This document shows positions 26,701 through 41,130 of a DNA stretch of 64,000 nucleotides, piece after piece (the stretch's first letter is position 1; each line of letters begins with the position of its first letter). Source of the stretch: Trichoplax sp. H2 (lineage: Eukaryota). The stretch covers positions 434,001 to 498,000 of the forward strand of contig NOWV01000022.1 of the NCBI GenBank assembly GCA_003344405.1, in the 5' to 3' direction. The position numbers and the translations under genes were made by a program. The notes beneath the pieces were generated by a model. It had not been told where the DNA came from. It searched no databases and worked only from the letters and a program-made list of their open reading frames with translations.

Positions 26701-29700
26701 AAATAGTTATTCGAAATTATTGCATTAATCGTTGCGGTACAACATGGCGTTAGCTGTTATAGAGAAAAGAGCTGAGAAAAGGGCTAAAGTGTCATTATGC
26801 TCATTTTAGATACATTCTACGCTCATTTTTTCATAATTCTTTTCTACTGTTTTTAAATCAAAACTGGCTAATTAATCCAAAATTAGCAAGTGACTATAGA
26901 ATTATTTTTATAATTAAATGCCGGATAAATTTACTTTAAATATCTCGTTGTACAATCATTTACTGTCTTAAACTAAATAGTTCATACATAAGGTAATGTA
27001 TTTTCCCAGTTACAATACAAACATTTTAAATTCTTAATCAGGATGTAAGGATATCATTAGGATCAGTATATGAACATAAGCCAATAGTGCGATCTATTTT
27101 AACCTCCCTATGTTCGCTTTCCAAGATAATTTTGCTAATACAATCAAGAGATAGAACAAAAGTACAAATTAGAACTATGGACTACTAGAAGACCTGGAAG
27201 ACTAGAAGAATACTAGAAGAAGACCTAGAAGAAGACCTGCAGGTTTTCTTCTAGTAGTTCATGGTAGAACATAATAATATCAAACAATCTTACTCATAAG
27301 CACGCGAAGTAACATGATTTGGAAGATAGAGATTTCTATTTAAAGAAATTCCAGTTTTACTTGAGAAAAATTGATATTATTTTGACTTGGAGAAAATGCG
27401 AACATTAAGTAACTAATATAAGATCTATAATTATGGTAAGCAATGATAAAATGATTCTAAACTTCCAAGAAATGTATATTTCTTTATATACTCGTATACA
27501 GCTATGAAATAATATAAATTGGTTTTGTGATATCTATAGAGACCCTTATTTTCAATAGTAGCTAACCGAACTAATTTTACACTTTATAGATTGAATTCTT
27601 TCATAGTAAGTACGGCGAACCTATTTGTTAACATCATTAAATTTTATTACAATAGGTTAAAGGAAATGCTATCGTGGAAGTATAGAATAACAAGGCGTAG
27701 ATTTTGCTATATATTTGGAGACTATAGTATAAAATCACTAAAAATCATTAATCTGCACGATATTTTAAAATGCAGGAAGAACAGAGATTATAAAGAAAGA
27801 TCGAGTTGAATTAATAGATATTAAGTCAATATAAGAGATTCTGTTGATTTTCTCCATTTTTAGTTATTGGTACTAGGATAATTACGATACAAATTGACTT
27901 TAGTGTTCATAATGCGAAAGAAATCATGGTAGCAAACCATTCAAGTGTCTAAGAAAGACCTTTTTAGCAAGAAATCCTTAAGGTTCTAACAAATTGAACA
28001 TCCACAGCCAGTTAATAAATTAATAATGACCTAAAAATGCATTTTAATTCAGGACTACAAGCGCCACGCTGTCATGACTAACACATGTGGATTTTAAATT
28101 AGACGAAAAGGTTTTTCTTTTTCAGCCTTAGAGCTCGTCCATAAACCCTATTCTATTGATCAACAAGGTCAAGACTGCTATAAAAAACTTGCTATAGTCT
28201 TAATTTAGAGTGGAATAGATTTCAATGGAAAACAGAAATACTCCTGACAGCAAAGTAATCATTTTAACACTAACAGTCATTAGGATGGACTCTCTTTACT
28301 TTGTGACTGCTCTATCAAGTCTAACACTAATTAGTGCGAGCAACTCGGTTTAAATAAAATTAACGCTAAAAAGCAAATCGAATAATCACTTTTAGTGAAT
28401 ATCCCGTTGTAGCCAAGTAATAATTTGAAAAATTTTATATTGTACAGTCTTCTTTGTTAGAAAAAGATGGGAAGGAATTCCTTTCTCAACGAGACTGTTA
28501 CAATTCTTGAATAAAATAGCTTTCGAAATTATTGAATGGAATTGCTATAGCTTTACTAAGCAACTCTTCTGAAGGCAGATAGCCAATAATGGCAAAGAAA
28601 TCAAAGTTTTCCATTCTGCACTTATACTAAACTTGGTATTCTTACCAAGCTTTAATCAAGGTTGTAATCTACACAATCATGAAATATTCATGAATCAGTC
28701 AATATTTAAGTAGGAAAAGTTTTGTCAGTTTGAGAAATAGACTAGAGCCAAATCGTTCTATTAGCGGCATCTAGAATTATAATCATTCATAACTTTATGA
28801 GAAAGAAAAACCCCGAATTCTATAGCCCATCTATTACTGAGATCATTTTTGAACGGCGCATTAACAGCGAATGCCTCTAGTTGCTGCAAGTGTGGAAGAA
28901 GAAATAGTGTCATAGTACATATCTATAAGGATTTGCATTTCAAATCCTGTAATGAGATTGGAAATAGTTTTGGGGCCATTGCCTCACAGGCAACGACTAG
29001 ATGGAAAATTGATCATTTTACCGGGTTAAAATCTTCTATAAGGTAGATCAGGAATGCTGTCTAATAGTTACGAGATTTATTTTTGCAAATTGAGGTAGTT
29101 GATATAATAAGTGTAATCACTTAGAACTAGCAGTAAAAGGAAGCGTTAGAACATCAGTAAGAGATTATAATTATTTTCGTAAAGAAGCAAGATTAATGTC
29201 CATATAGCCAGGTACAAGATAGAGCCATCAATGTCATGGACTATCGGCAAGGTGAATTTTTTTCAATTATGTAATGATATTAGATACAGACATTTAGAAT
29301 ATGCAAAGATAGTGATCGCCAGAATTTTCGTATGCCAGACAGATTTTGGCATTGGTTATAATCATACAGAGTCTCCGTCCGATGGAAGATGGGTTAAAAA
29401 ATATTTCATCATCAAGTAAGCTACAACTACAACTAAAATCTATAATATATTATTACTCATAATGCAGTTTACATCATATAGAAGAGGTAACTACAGAAAA
29501 TTTGTCAGTTTACTTTTCTTTTAATGTGGTCATACACGATAAAGCTTTCTTGATCTTTTGATTGAAGTATAAGTAAAAATGTTGTAATATATTAGAGAGA
29601 TTATCAACCGCTTTATGCCAAGATGTTGGATAAAATTTTTTTGGTTAATAAACGATGACTAGATCTAAACTTTATAGGCTTAACACGGTCTGACAATGAG

Positions 29701-32269
29701 TTATGCAGAAAGGGAAGGAAGGGAACGTTAAAATATTTGCCTAACTATCGTAGATTTTTAGTTTTCATTTTAATGAAGTAATCTCCTGTAAGGTGGACAA
29801 GGCTAAACGAAAGATTAATGTCCAATCCATCTTAGAGGAAGATGAAATTGGCTCATAACTAACGTATAGTCCCTTTAAGGATATTTGAAGAGAAGTTCTC
29901 TTACAAGTCTCTGGCTCTGTCGTCATTTTTAGGAAAAATTGTTTACAGCATTGTTAATGCTAATATACTGTAAGTTCAGTTCAGGTGTGGGATAAAAAAA
30001 TTGAATTTAAATTTAGTAGTACCAGGGTAATGCATTAATTTGAATATGAATCAATCAAAAGCCATTCTTTGATCTTTCTTGAGATTCAGATGCTCTGCTT
30101 TAAAGATCTCATTGAATATGAATGCCCGTATACCCATGGCTATAGACAGGAATGAATGATAGAAAAGAAAATTTATGACCATCATTAATAGTAGTGTTCT
30201 GATATGGCGATAGTCATAATTTCAACGACAGACTCTATTATCATAGGATACGTTGCTAAAATTTGGATATATCCGTATCGTACAAGGCCCTAAGCGTTGG
30301 ATTTTGCTCCAATATCATCATCTTTATTTAAAAGCAAAGACTATTTATATCTTGTTATTACAGTCTATAAATTACATTATAACTTGAAATAATTTATTCC
30401 ATCATTGAATATTGACAGTATACAGTACGAATAACATAATTACTCAGTGTTAAGAATGAGTCTTTATTTGCCATCAGGACATGAATCTTGGTAACCGTCT
30501 ACTGCACTTATATAGATATGCCGCTTACACAACCGGTTAAGAATTAACACTCAGAATTAGCGTCTTCAAGTAGGATTGAAAAATTGTTTCAGCTTATTCC
30601 ATCATCAGTTTACCAATTTGCCGGTAGTCATTTATTCTAATTATTGCTGCATTATTCAATTTGAATAAAGTTACTCGATTTATTTCTTCAATGAGAGCAC
30701 CATACTGAGAAGAAAAGTAGTAGCCTACAACACTTTAATCGTTTTTAATTGGCTTTTTATCGGTATAGTCGATATTTTTCCTTATATATTTAGTATCTTC
30801 AGTATGAGTATATAAAGCAGAAAGAACCTCAATTTCCTGCTCGTAGCCTAATCACTGTATCGCTTTGCCTTCTTGAAATACTCAGGAATCTTGATCTCAA
30901 ACATTTCGATATTAATTTGGGCAATCTACAACGATAGGCTCGTTACTAATGAAATAAATAGCCTGCAATACCAATACAAATCATCCATTTGATTTAATCT
31001 ATGGTAAATCTGATGAAAATGATCCCATAAACTGATCCTGAGTTAAAGATCCGTTGTATTAGTAAGTACTGGGAAAGTGTGAGATAAAATGGCTGTCTTG
31101 TTACTTCTCCAACCCTTTCCCATTAACATTTAGCAGTAAGCAATCACTAAGAATAGTCATTGGCCTTAGGATTATTAATATTGACGGATGAATATAAAAT
31201 CGTCATCTTCTCTTGAAATAGCAACATATCTATTCTACTGTATGTCAATTGGTATCAAATGTTACCGATAGTATTGGCCACAATAGAAAGCATAAAACAG
31301 ATTTATTAAAGCCATTAACGTCTAAAGAGTAATAGAACGTCTGCATGTTCTCCACTTGACGTATTCTATTTTGCATTCCTTACGCAAGATTGTTCTCATC
31401 TTCGCAGTACGTTTAATTTCTCATCTGATCATTCTAATAAACATTTCCTATCCATGAATCAATCTATTTCAGCGCTCATTTATAATTATTGAATCTCTTA
31501 GCGAATATTATCAAAATAAAGTCGTGATCGATAAGGATAGTCTTACGATCAATTTTCAATGTTTCATTATAACTTGTGGTAAGGAATCCAATTTATTAGC
31601 TAGGAATGCGTACGATCTTCTCGGTAAGAATAAATTAATATCGTAAATATCCTTGCACCGTCATAGATATAATCATTGAAACTGGTAATAGACTATAACA
31701 ACTTCTCTTAATTTTCAATCCTTGTTAGCAAAAAATCTGGAATTACTGATATTTACTGTCTCTACTGCAACGATCACACTTATGACAAAAAGCAATAATA
31801 TTACTTACAATATCGATATCATGGGCAATATTGAACTTTCTGTCAAAAATCACTATTATTACAATTATTCACGCTATTGACCATGTTTAAAAAGTTGATA
31901 TAAGTTCGTATCTACGCTGGTTAATTATTTCAACAATTTGTCGTATTACTTTAAATTTTAACATAGCTGAATAAAGAATGATAATTTCATAACGTAGAAA
32001 TCGACTAAGACACGTTAGCAACATTGTCTAGAATGGCGAAGTAACATGATAGTGCTGGATAGTACGGAGCTGAAAAGAAGCTCGAATTTGAATTGGCAAT
32101 TAATCACTTTTTATCGTTAGCTTATTTTAAACGAAAGTGAAGATGGCGACTATCCGATTATAAATTCAATTAAGTAATGATTTAATACTGTTTATCTATC
32201 AACTCTCTACTTACCGCAAGTTGCTGATGCAATTAAGAGAAAGAAGTAAATAAATTGGATTCGTAACAT
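20724..32269 (-). CDS. Contactin-associated protein (Caspr/CNTNAP)/neurexin-IV-like type I membrane protein, ~1138 aa: SP-LamG-LamG-EGF-fibrinogen-like-LamG-EGF-LamG-TM-tail
   Basis: Exons (minus) 32269-32215 (MLRIQFIYFFLLIASATC, phase-1 donor GTAAGT), 26376-25219, 24564-23908, 23374-22948, 22509-22286, 21619-20724 join in frame. LamG motifs (FDGQGY, DGVWHQ, GFKGCIRDI), EGF motifs (CYPVSPCFNNGIC; CYNKPCKHNNPC), Caspr fibrinogen-like segment (IDPDG..PFTVYC; WAGAP..KCACG..CNCD), TM GVIVAIVIVVVLILGAIGTFLIF, and tail ending KKKEIHL. Confidence 0.88.
24706..24970. repeat. Intronic minisatellite, ~4 x 67 bp
   Basis: ATATTTAGAT(T/C)TAT(A/G)GT(A/G)AAGATA at 24724, 24791, 24858 and 24926. Confidence 0.85.
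27175..27264. mobile_element. Miniature inverted-repeat element (MITE-like) with 5-bp target site duplication
   Basis: Left end CTATGGACTACTAGAAG, right end CTTCTAGTAGTTCATGG, internal CTAGAAGA repeats; flanked by TAGAA on both sides. Confidence 0.6.
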
Positions 32270-35099
32270 GGTTTTCAATTTCACTTGGTCTCGGCGCTTT
32301 TGAAAGAATATCCAAAGCAATTTTTATCCAACCGAGAAGTTTTTTAGCTAGATATCAATGATGGTTAGTCGGAGTAATCAATAAAATAAAGATTAATTCC
32401 GGCTTTGAGAGCGCATTCAAAAACTTGTTCAGATAAAGTAAAGGGGAAAAAATCGTCGATACGGCAGTTAATGTACTGTTTTTGCCTGAAGGGAATGGAG
32501 AATAATAGTTGGTGGTAGACAAATGAAAAGAATTCGCACTCGTCATGATAAATTATCCTTTAAGCCGCCTATGACGTTTACCTAAAACATAGTTAACTGC
32601 AGTTTTAAGCTTTGTTCTTTTCTTTCATCCCCCACCCTTCTATTGAATATAGTTGATCAATCAATCAATCAAGGTAATCAATTCAAGAATGGAATAAAGA
32701 TGGAATTAACTGTAAAATGTCTCTCGAGAAAAAACTTTTTTCGATCAGCTTGAAACATTTTAATTTAGCGGCAAAAAAGGGGAAAAATATCGATTAATGA
32801 CAACTGCAATATTTTCAACTCAATCTCCTAACATCATCTTAGGCAATCATGGAAGCTATTGGTATCCTTGATTATAGGCATCGTTGATGGTGTTCATCAT
32901 TTCAATCCGATCCTATAACTGTCGATTTATGTTTTTATATATTAGATATAATGAGAGAAAAAAGATATATAAAATAGAACAACAACAGTCTAAAATAGAC
33001 GTACCATTCACAAGGCCTTTGTAAGGCAAAAGAGTGCAATTAAAGTGAATTGAATAACCCACTCAGCAAGGAGTCATAGGCAGTCGTTTTAATTCTACCA
33101 GCTGATTTACTCCAGTTAATTCTTGATTTAAAGTATTGTATTAAAGTGATGTGATTGAAACATAAACAATTGAATAGCATATAAATCAATACAATTTAGA
33201 TTTTATTTGTTGGCCATTATTGTAGAATAATTTCATGACTGAATTTATTGGATTCTTCCTTTGATTTGCTTTCAATTTATTATCTTTTTATTCCTTTTGA
33301 ATTACTTTTTTCCCCCCTATTCTGTCGTACCAGTCTCCTGTCTACGCCATTTCTATTCAATCTTAGCCATCGATTCATATTGAATACGATATTAAATTTG
33401 ATTTGACGACAAAAATACTCGAAATACGTTATTGGCATTGAATCTCATTTTCATTCCGTTAACACTTGTCAATATTTTAGCGGAATGACTCCATTTCACC
33501 TATTAGTGCTTTTCCTTAACTGGTCCCAGAGGAACACATTTTGCATGTTGGCATTGCCTTTTCAATACACTTCTCCATCTCGTCGAGAATCAATTTTGGT
33601 TCTCTTTTACGTGATCATAGCCGCAGAAAATGTAAAACGCTTCGGTACATGATCTGCTCTTGAAATCATTGAAAGATGAGAGAAATAGTAAAATGTTCTG
33701 TTTTATCCCTTAGATGGGATTACTTGCTCTTCATCGAATTAACAATAATAACGTCATTTATTTATTCAATGCCGTCTAACGCGTACTTTATTGACTACAA
33801 ACTATAGCTTGAATTAATTAATTAGAAAATAAACAAAACAAATAGTTAATAGCAAGTTGCTGATCATTAATCTTTACATGAGGTCTATAGTCCTAATTAA
33901 TGTTACATCATTTGGATAACAATAAATATTTAATTTATCACTTAAGTAAGTTTTTAAAAAAAGAGAAAACGGTCCTTTTTCTATTCGGTTTAGCGAGTTC
34001 CTCCCTTTCTCTTTTTGCCCCATCTTCGTATCACTATTAGCACTATACAGGCATAAAATATTCTTCGTCTTATCCATGCTATCCCTACCAATTATGCCTT
34101 CCTATTGATTTCGGGCAAATTACGGATAGCCTTTTTCTTTCACAGCCTATTCTATTAAACACAAGATAAAGTGACGACTAAAAGTACTTGAACGAGTGAC
34201 GATATTATTAGAATACAATCTTGATTACACCATATAATCGAGAGAATAACTATCAAATAAATCTTCCAGCTCTAATCCTTATTCTATGTTACTTTATTAA
34301 TCTCTTTGTAAATGGTCTACCCTAGTAGATACTAAATCCAACTTACAAATTACTGAAAAGATTACATTTACCTTAGTATCTTTATCAACATTGGACAATG
34401 ATATTCCATTGATAGAATGATTAAATTGAAAGATATGAAAGTGACTAAGTCAGAAATGTGTTAAATACCGGAATCAAATGAGAGCCACCTCTATAGTCTA
34501 GCTACGGCTGTTTATTTACCACTATTATACAGTTAAAATTATTACGACTAATTAAAACTGATATTGCTAAACCTAGTTATCACACTTGAAATTTTTTGTT
34601 ATCCGTTAGTATTTCTATGCACCTACTCTATTTTCTAAAGTAAAAGATGATCCAAGCTTACAAGTAAAAAGGAAAAACCATGACTTAACTATACGTTTAT
34701 AAGAATTATTGACGTATATTGAATTTGGTAAATTAGCGTATGAATAAAGCCAAAACAAATTAAAAATAAATTCAGAATTCTCTTACTATTCAATATGACT
34801 GAACCAGATTCTATCGAATAGCCATCATAGTAACTACGATTCTAGTAAATTTCGCTTATAATCGGAGGCCGGTATCTAGATTAAACGACTTATCTGAGTT
34901 ATCCATTCCATTCATAGTATATACTATAATATATATCTTACACCCAATCTGAAGCAACAACATCTGCCTTTGAGTTTGTTAAAGAAACTGATCAATAGTA
35001 ATAGTGATACGTAAAATATATTTACATTAGCTCTGTAAAAGAAATGGATGGACGGATTTAAAGTGTAAGCTATAAGTATGTAAGAAATGATCATCTAGT

Positions 35100-36870
35100 G
35101 ATTTTTAAGGAAGTAAGTATGCTCACTTTAGGGCTAATCATGGACTACCAAAGAAATACGAATCCGGTATTTCTTTAGTAGTCTATGAGCTAATTAATGG
35201 CATAAAATATTTAACCGGAAAAGCAATTATAGACAACCCCTGGTATCATATGCGTTTTTGCGAGTAGTAATGCACCCTTATAGGGTGCGATATAATAATA
35301 TGAAAATGATCGATATTCATTATAAATAGCACTTTTAATAGGAAAACTAATCTTTATTATTAAGAAATTTGAGAAGCAGTAAATAAGTTTCTCTTGGCCA
35401 TTCTAGACATTCTATAAATGTACGTATGTATGAGATATAATATATACTGAAAAATAAATTATATGAATTACAATTATAAATACCGCACTTAATTAGAAAG
35501 GCAGATCTTCATTATATAGAGATTTTAAAGTAGTAAACATGCTTGCCCTGGCCAATTGAAGATATTTAACTAGTAATAGCCATTCCAAGCAACCTATGTA
35601 CATGGAATATAACATAGAAATGATCGACACGAACAATAAATAGGGAATTTAATTAGAAAAGCTTATCTGCATAATTTAGAGACTTTAATTTATTAAAGTA
35701 TAAATATCTTTCCGCAGGCTAATCAGTGGGACTGAATAACTACAGATATACAATACTGCTTATGTAAAATCAGTGGATTCGATTTATGGTAGATGCATAA
35801 GCCGTAAACATTTGTATCTCGATCGAAAGAAAATCAATCAGCAGTAACAATCCATTAATACTGTATATCGTAATACAGATTGATGCATGATATCTAAAAT
35901 ATAAATATGAAAACAATAAAGACGAACTATAGGCGATGTACTGTATTTAATCAAAAGGTTTCAGTTATTATTTAGGGCTATACATTTTAATATAGTAAAC
36001 ATACTTCTCTAGCCAATTAATGAGATTAATCTATAACAATATTTACCTTCTTGTTTACGATAGGTGTAGTACACATGAAATTGATAGACTTAATGTATTG
36101 CAAATGCATAAATATTTTTTATTAATTAGACCGTGAAGTTATAAACATGTTCAGTTAGTTAATGAATTAATTAAACAGTAAATCTAACTATATAGATACA
36201 ATATGTTGTAACACATCCATTCATATTTCATCCATAGTTAAGCACAAAGACAGAAATGAATTATACTAATAGATAATTTATTTTAATATGTTTTTATTTA
36301 TGTTAGATTTTATTAATAAAAATAACTTGTCTATGTTGGCGAATTAATGGAATTAACTAACAACGATTTAGGATATAACATACTAGATATTGTACATAGT
36401 CTAACCTCAATGAGCTCGTGCTTGATATAAAAAAATTATCTAATTTATTCACGTGCTGTAATTTAGAGTAGTAATACTTTTCTTAGCTAATACTCTTGAG
36501 ATTGATCAGTAATAACATTAGCATATTGCGAACGTAAATTATACACAGTATAATATTGATAGAACTAAATTTATGAGGTACCGCACTTCTATAAGAAACG
36601 ACTGCTTTTACGATCTAGACACTTTAAAATGAAAAAGGGAATGCTAAATGCTCACCTTAGCTATTTAATCAAATTTAATCATACGATTTAATACTAATAA
36701 ATCTAAATACAGTAAGTGGTATAAAAGGATTTCATTTAAGTTATAAATATGTGATTGACATAATTTCATATTAATATTTTAGGATTCTATTAGTATTTGC
36801 ATCATTCTGGCACTAATAATACAATAATTGCCTTAATAGCTAGATACATATTCTTGGGTCATCAAAGCTT
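35100..36870. repeat. Highly degenerate ~150-170 bp tandem array
   Basis: Periodic TAAA(C/T)ATGCTT..CT(A/G)GC(C/T)AATT-like motif near 35115, 35385, 35535, 35700, 35995, 36142, 36320, 36472, 36645 and 36845. Confidence 0.4.
35138..35188. mobile_element. Miniature inverted-repeat element, same TIR family as 27175-27264, with 5-bp TSD
   Basis: TCATGGACTACCAAAGAAATAC-(7 nt)-GTATTTCTTTAGTAGTCTATGA; flanked by GCTAA on both sides. Confidence 0.65.
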
Positions 36871-39252
36871 ATTCATGATATTTAGCAGATAGACAAGACT
36901 CAAATTTGAATAATCTATGCATAGAAAATACAGTTATATTTGAAATATATGATACATACTGCGTATGTGCATATAAGCATTTATTTAACTTCAAGTTAAA
37001 ATTTACCCGCGATGTATAGTAATTTGAACTTATTCTACGATTCTTTTTGATTAGTAAACATATATAACTAATATATTTAAAGTCTGTTAGATCATGCTGG
37101 TAAATTAATTTCAAGGCATAACATGATCATAAACTTATGAATATACATTCATTCTACCCTAGTATCTATAATAGTAACACTACTGCTAATATCAGGAATG
37201 CACCGGTACCTACTGAGCTGTACTTTTATAGTATAATTACTCTAATAAAATAACTCTACCCTTGGGCTAATACCTACTAAAATTTATGTACTTGATACAA
37301 TATATCTACTATATGTTATCTTTATTGCTATTTTGTTATTACTAATTATTATTTATAATTACAATGAATTTCTTACTGAAAATAAAGTATTTAACGTAAA
37401 TTTAGCAATATTCATGACGGAGCAAAACGTTCGTATAATAAATACTATTTAATAACGTTAAATGACTAAATATTATAGTTATAATACGTTAGAATAGCTG
37501 AAATGCATTAATTGCTATTAGTAGATATTAGCACTGTAGTATTGATTATATACTAACTGTAATAGCTCGTGCATTGTCCGTTATAAACAATATTTTCATA
37601 GCAAGTACTTTACATGAAATTATGAAACGTTTAAAGTTATCTCCATAATACTGTACGGTATATATATTTGCTACTGTCAGTATTGGCTAATTATAGGTGA
37701 TTAGAAATATGCCGTACCTAATTTCCGATATAGAAGCAGTTAGTTTATCGTACACGTATGCGGTTAAGTTCCAAGAGCAAATCTACAACCTTTAGAGTGC
37801 TGTCTTGAAGTATACGGAGAAAATATACGGTAGTACGTATACACACAGGTTCATTAAAATTCATTTAATAATATCAAGATTAATTTTGGTAATTAATAGG
37901 ATGTAGAGCACTTGGCACGACGCATAAAGGTTGCCCATAGTATGACAGAAAAGAGATTGCTATCACCAATTTCGTAAGCAAATTACTGCTGTCTTAAATG
38001 CGAACGAAGGCTAATTTTAATAGCGAAAGAATTTACTTCTTATGATAGATACAAGGTAGCGAAGTTGATACGGCAACCTTTAAAATTATGTCGAATTTAA
38101 GCCTTTCTAAACTGATTATGATCAAGAAACAATTGCAATTTTAAAATAAATGCCGTCACTACAAGACCTCTTATTTGTTGAATAAATTTTCTTATGTCCC
38201 TATAAAAATACATCTAAGTAGAGCGACAATACAATTTATTCTATCTATCTCCTATGTTGATTTACTATGAAATTTACCTTGACGACGTATCCTTCCAGAA
38301 TTCCACACATTCAACAGGAATTAGATGTTTAATTGTTTAATACAATAAAATGCTGATCAATTAAGAAATGAATTTATTAAGGTGCATACAATACAAAACA
38401 GATTATCACTATACAGCACGTCACATTGAATTTCATACCTTGCATCTTAATAAAATCTCATAATAAAAAATCTAAACCATTAGTCTCTACGAAAATCATA
38501 TTATACAATATTATTATATCATATTCTGTTTATCCAGATTTATTTCCAGTATTGCTTACGCAAGTAATACATTTTCGTCAATAAAAACAAAGACAATTAC
38601 AGATAAAACCAAATGCTTAAGCATTCAATTTAAATGTAGTCAAATACCTCAGCCAGTTACGATAGTGGGAACTACTGACAGTTAAGATTAAAATTTTTTC
38701 CTTGAGTTAAGGCTATAAAGAACCAATAGTCCTACATAATTTAAGATTAGTTTCGTAGTTTATTACGGCACCATTTTGTACAGAATCGTAGTAAAAACAA
38801 AATGATAAAGATAAGCATTTAATATATTTGCGTATATTGAAAACATTATTAAGACTGTGTAAGGAACGTCAATTAAGCATCTTTTAATTTCGCGCGAAGG
38901 CATAATAATATTCAGATTAATATTATTAAAACATGGCCTTTCTCCTAGTGGAGTTAGTATACTGCAGAAAATTTATATCACCTTCATTCTTATAAAATCC
39001 TGTTATCAATGCGAATGTATATCACAGCAATCAATCACTACCTCGTTCTGATTCTACTATTCCAATATCCGTGTAAAATTATGGATTCGTCGCGAACTGT
39101 ACATGTTATAATAACGTATAAAATAATAATATTTACGATTTTCAATTGTCATCATTTTAATAAGAATCATTTAAAACTTGTAGCATTTTATTGCTACAAA
39201 AAAGATACATGTGTTTTTAACATTATTTTAGTATTGAATATCTAATTCCAAA

Positions 39253-41130
39253 CTATAATTTTGTATTGTAATAGCTTTTACGATTTAATCGCATGCCTTC
39301 GATAGCTAATTTTAGTAAACGGCGTTGTTGATGAGGTTTAATACCATGTTCTGCTAGCGAGCCATCGATTTCTTCCAATGTATAGTTATGATTTTTGGGC
39401 ATTGGTTGATAGACATTGAATCTACGAGGAATTTAAAATAGCTTAATCAATGATGTTATGAAAGTTAAAATGTAGATAGTGAGTGATTCATTGTTATACA
39501 TATATGTTATTCTTACATTCATGATTAAAATAAATGGAAACAGAATCGGTTGAAAGGACTAGCCTATGAAAAAATGCTTGAGACGGTAATGTGAATCTGT
39601 GTCGTCCAATAATAATTCATAACTATAAGCTTGTCATCTTCAATACAGCTGTGAATCGCCCTTTAAACTTTTTTATTTACTGTAACTATATCAAATAATC
39701 CAATTTGAAGATATCTTGACAAGCAATATATCTTATGAATTTTTTTTCATTTTATTTTCATCGACGACACAAATATGATCATTGCCCTAATCGATTGATG
39801 ATCACGAAGGCATATTTTTATAATGGTGCAATTGGAATAAATGATTACTGTCCTGCTACATAGTACAAGGGATCAAAGTAAGATGGAAAATAAGTATTGT
39901 CTCTTCAAGGTCAAAATAGTATAGCGTACAATTGTACTATGGTGTAGTGTATAAAATTTTTCAGTTTTTGACCATCAACTTGGAGTAATTCAATGGGGAA
40001 AGATATTATACGGCGGAATAGGTGATATGTTGTAATAAGTGTAATGTTGCTATACTAAGATTTCACTTTTACCGGATAACAATATCTTCACTTCAATTTT
40101 TGTTGTTACTGTCGGTAATCAACATGGTAAGTACTGTATTATAGGTAAATAGCGAGGGATAATGTGGTCATGTATTTACTAACGGTCAAGAGGAAAGATG
40201 GCATTCAACTTACCTTCTATCATGTTTTGGTAGTATGCCCATTTTATCGGCTAACATACCCACATAGACATCATCCAATACTTTAATAATACGAGTGCTT
40301 TTAACCTTGGATAGCATGCCTTCTAGGACATCACTTGTTAAGACGTAAGCATATCCAGAACAAAATTGAGGAAATATATTCTTACTGTATTCACGCCTTG
40401 ATATTGCGTACTTGCTACGACGATCACGTATAGCATAGCGACTTTCTTCTTCAATATGAGCACGACAGATCCACATTTTAGTCGGGAAATAACGTTCCAA
40501 TTGTAAGACTAATTCGAATAACCGTGGCGCATTAATAAAGACGTCATCATCTCCTTTAAAATAAAATTTAGGTCGACAAAAATAATATGCCCAACGCATG
40601 CCCAAGACAGTTTTATCGGTCAACGATTTTAAATTGTCTTGAAAATCACCAAAGACTAAATCACCATGTTCTTCACCTTCTTCAATCACTTTCTTATCCA
40701 CGGCTTCTTTACCCGATTTACCAACTACAAAAACGGTCCTCCATGCAACCGGATGCTTGGTACGACGTGCGTAATCAGAGCCATTTCCCCATGAAGTTCT
40801 AATAGCCATTCTACGATCATGATGATTAGGCTTGGAATTAATAACTAATATTAAAAAAGCAGGCGCTTCACAGATTTTAGCGTTGGGTTTCTTAGCATCG
40901 TATTGATAGATTGAAATATCTTCGGTTAGATTGATTATAACGTTGCTATCATTATTGGATGAATGACTTAAAGCTAATGATCTCATGACGGAGAAATTGG
41001 ATACGAGCATATTGGTGGTATCGTTGGGTTCACTAGTTCGAACAATGCGCCGTGTAGCAATAAAAATTCCAGTAAAGCATATAAAATTCAGTAGTAATAA
41101 GAGTTGAATATTGCATCGGGCATAAATCAT
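39253..41130 (-). CDS. Beta-1,3-galactosyltransferase/GlcNAc-transferase-like glycosyltransferase (GT31), type II membrane protein, 2 exons, ~361 aa
   Basis: Exons 41130-40214 and 39421-39253 (RFNVYQ...AEHGIKP...NTKL*). N-terminal TM; motifs RRMAIRTSWG, DLVFGDFQD, KGDDDVF, FPQFCSGYAYV and DDVYVG. Confidence 0.9.

Noticed and set aside
31740..31840. Minus-strand MISIL*VILLLFVISVIVAVE signal-like stretch and a 31-nt AG..GT mini-exon
   Set aside because: Interrupted by a stop and phase-incompatible with the Caspr-like exons; a better signal exon exists at 32269-32215.
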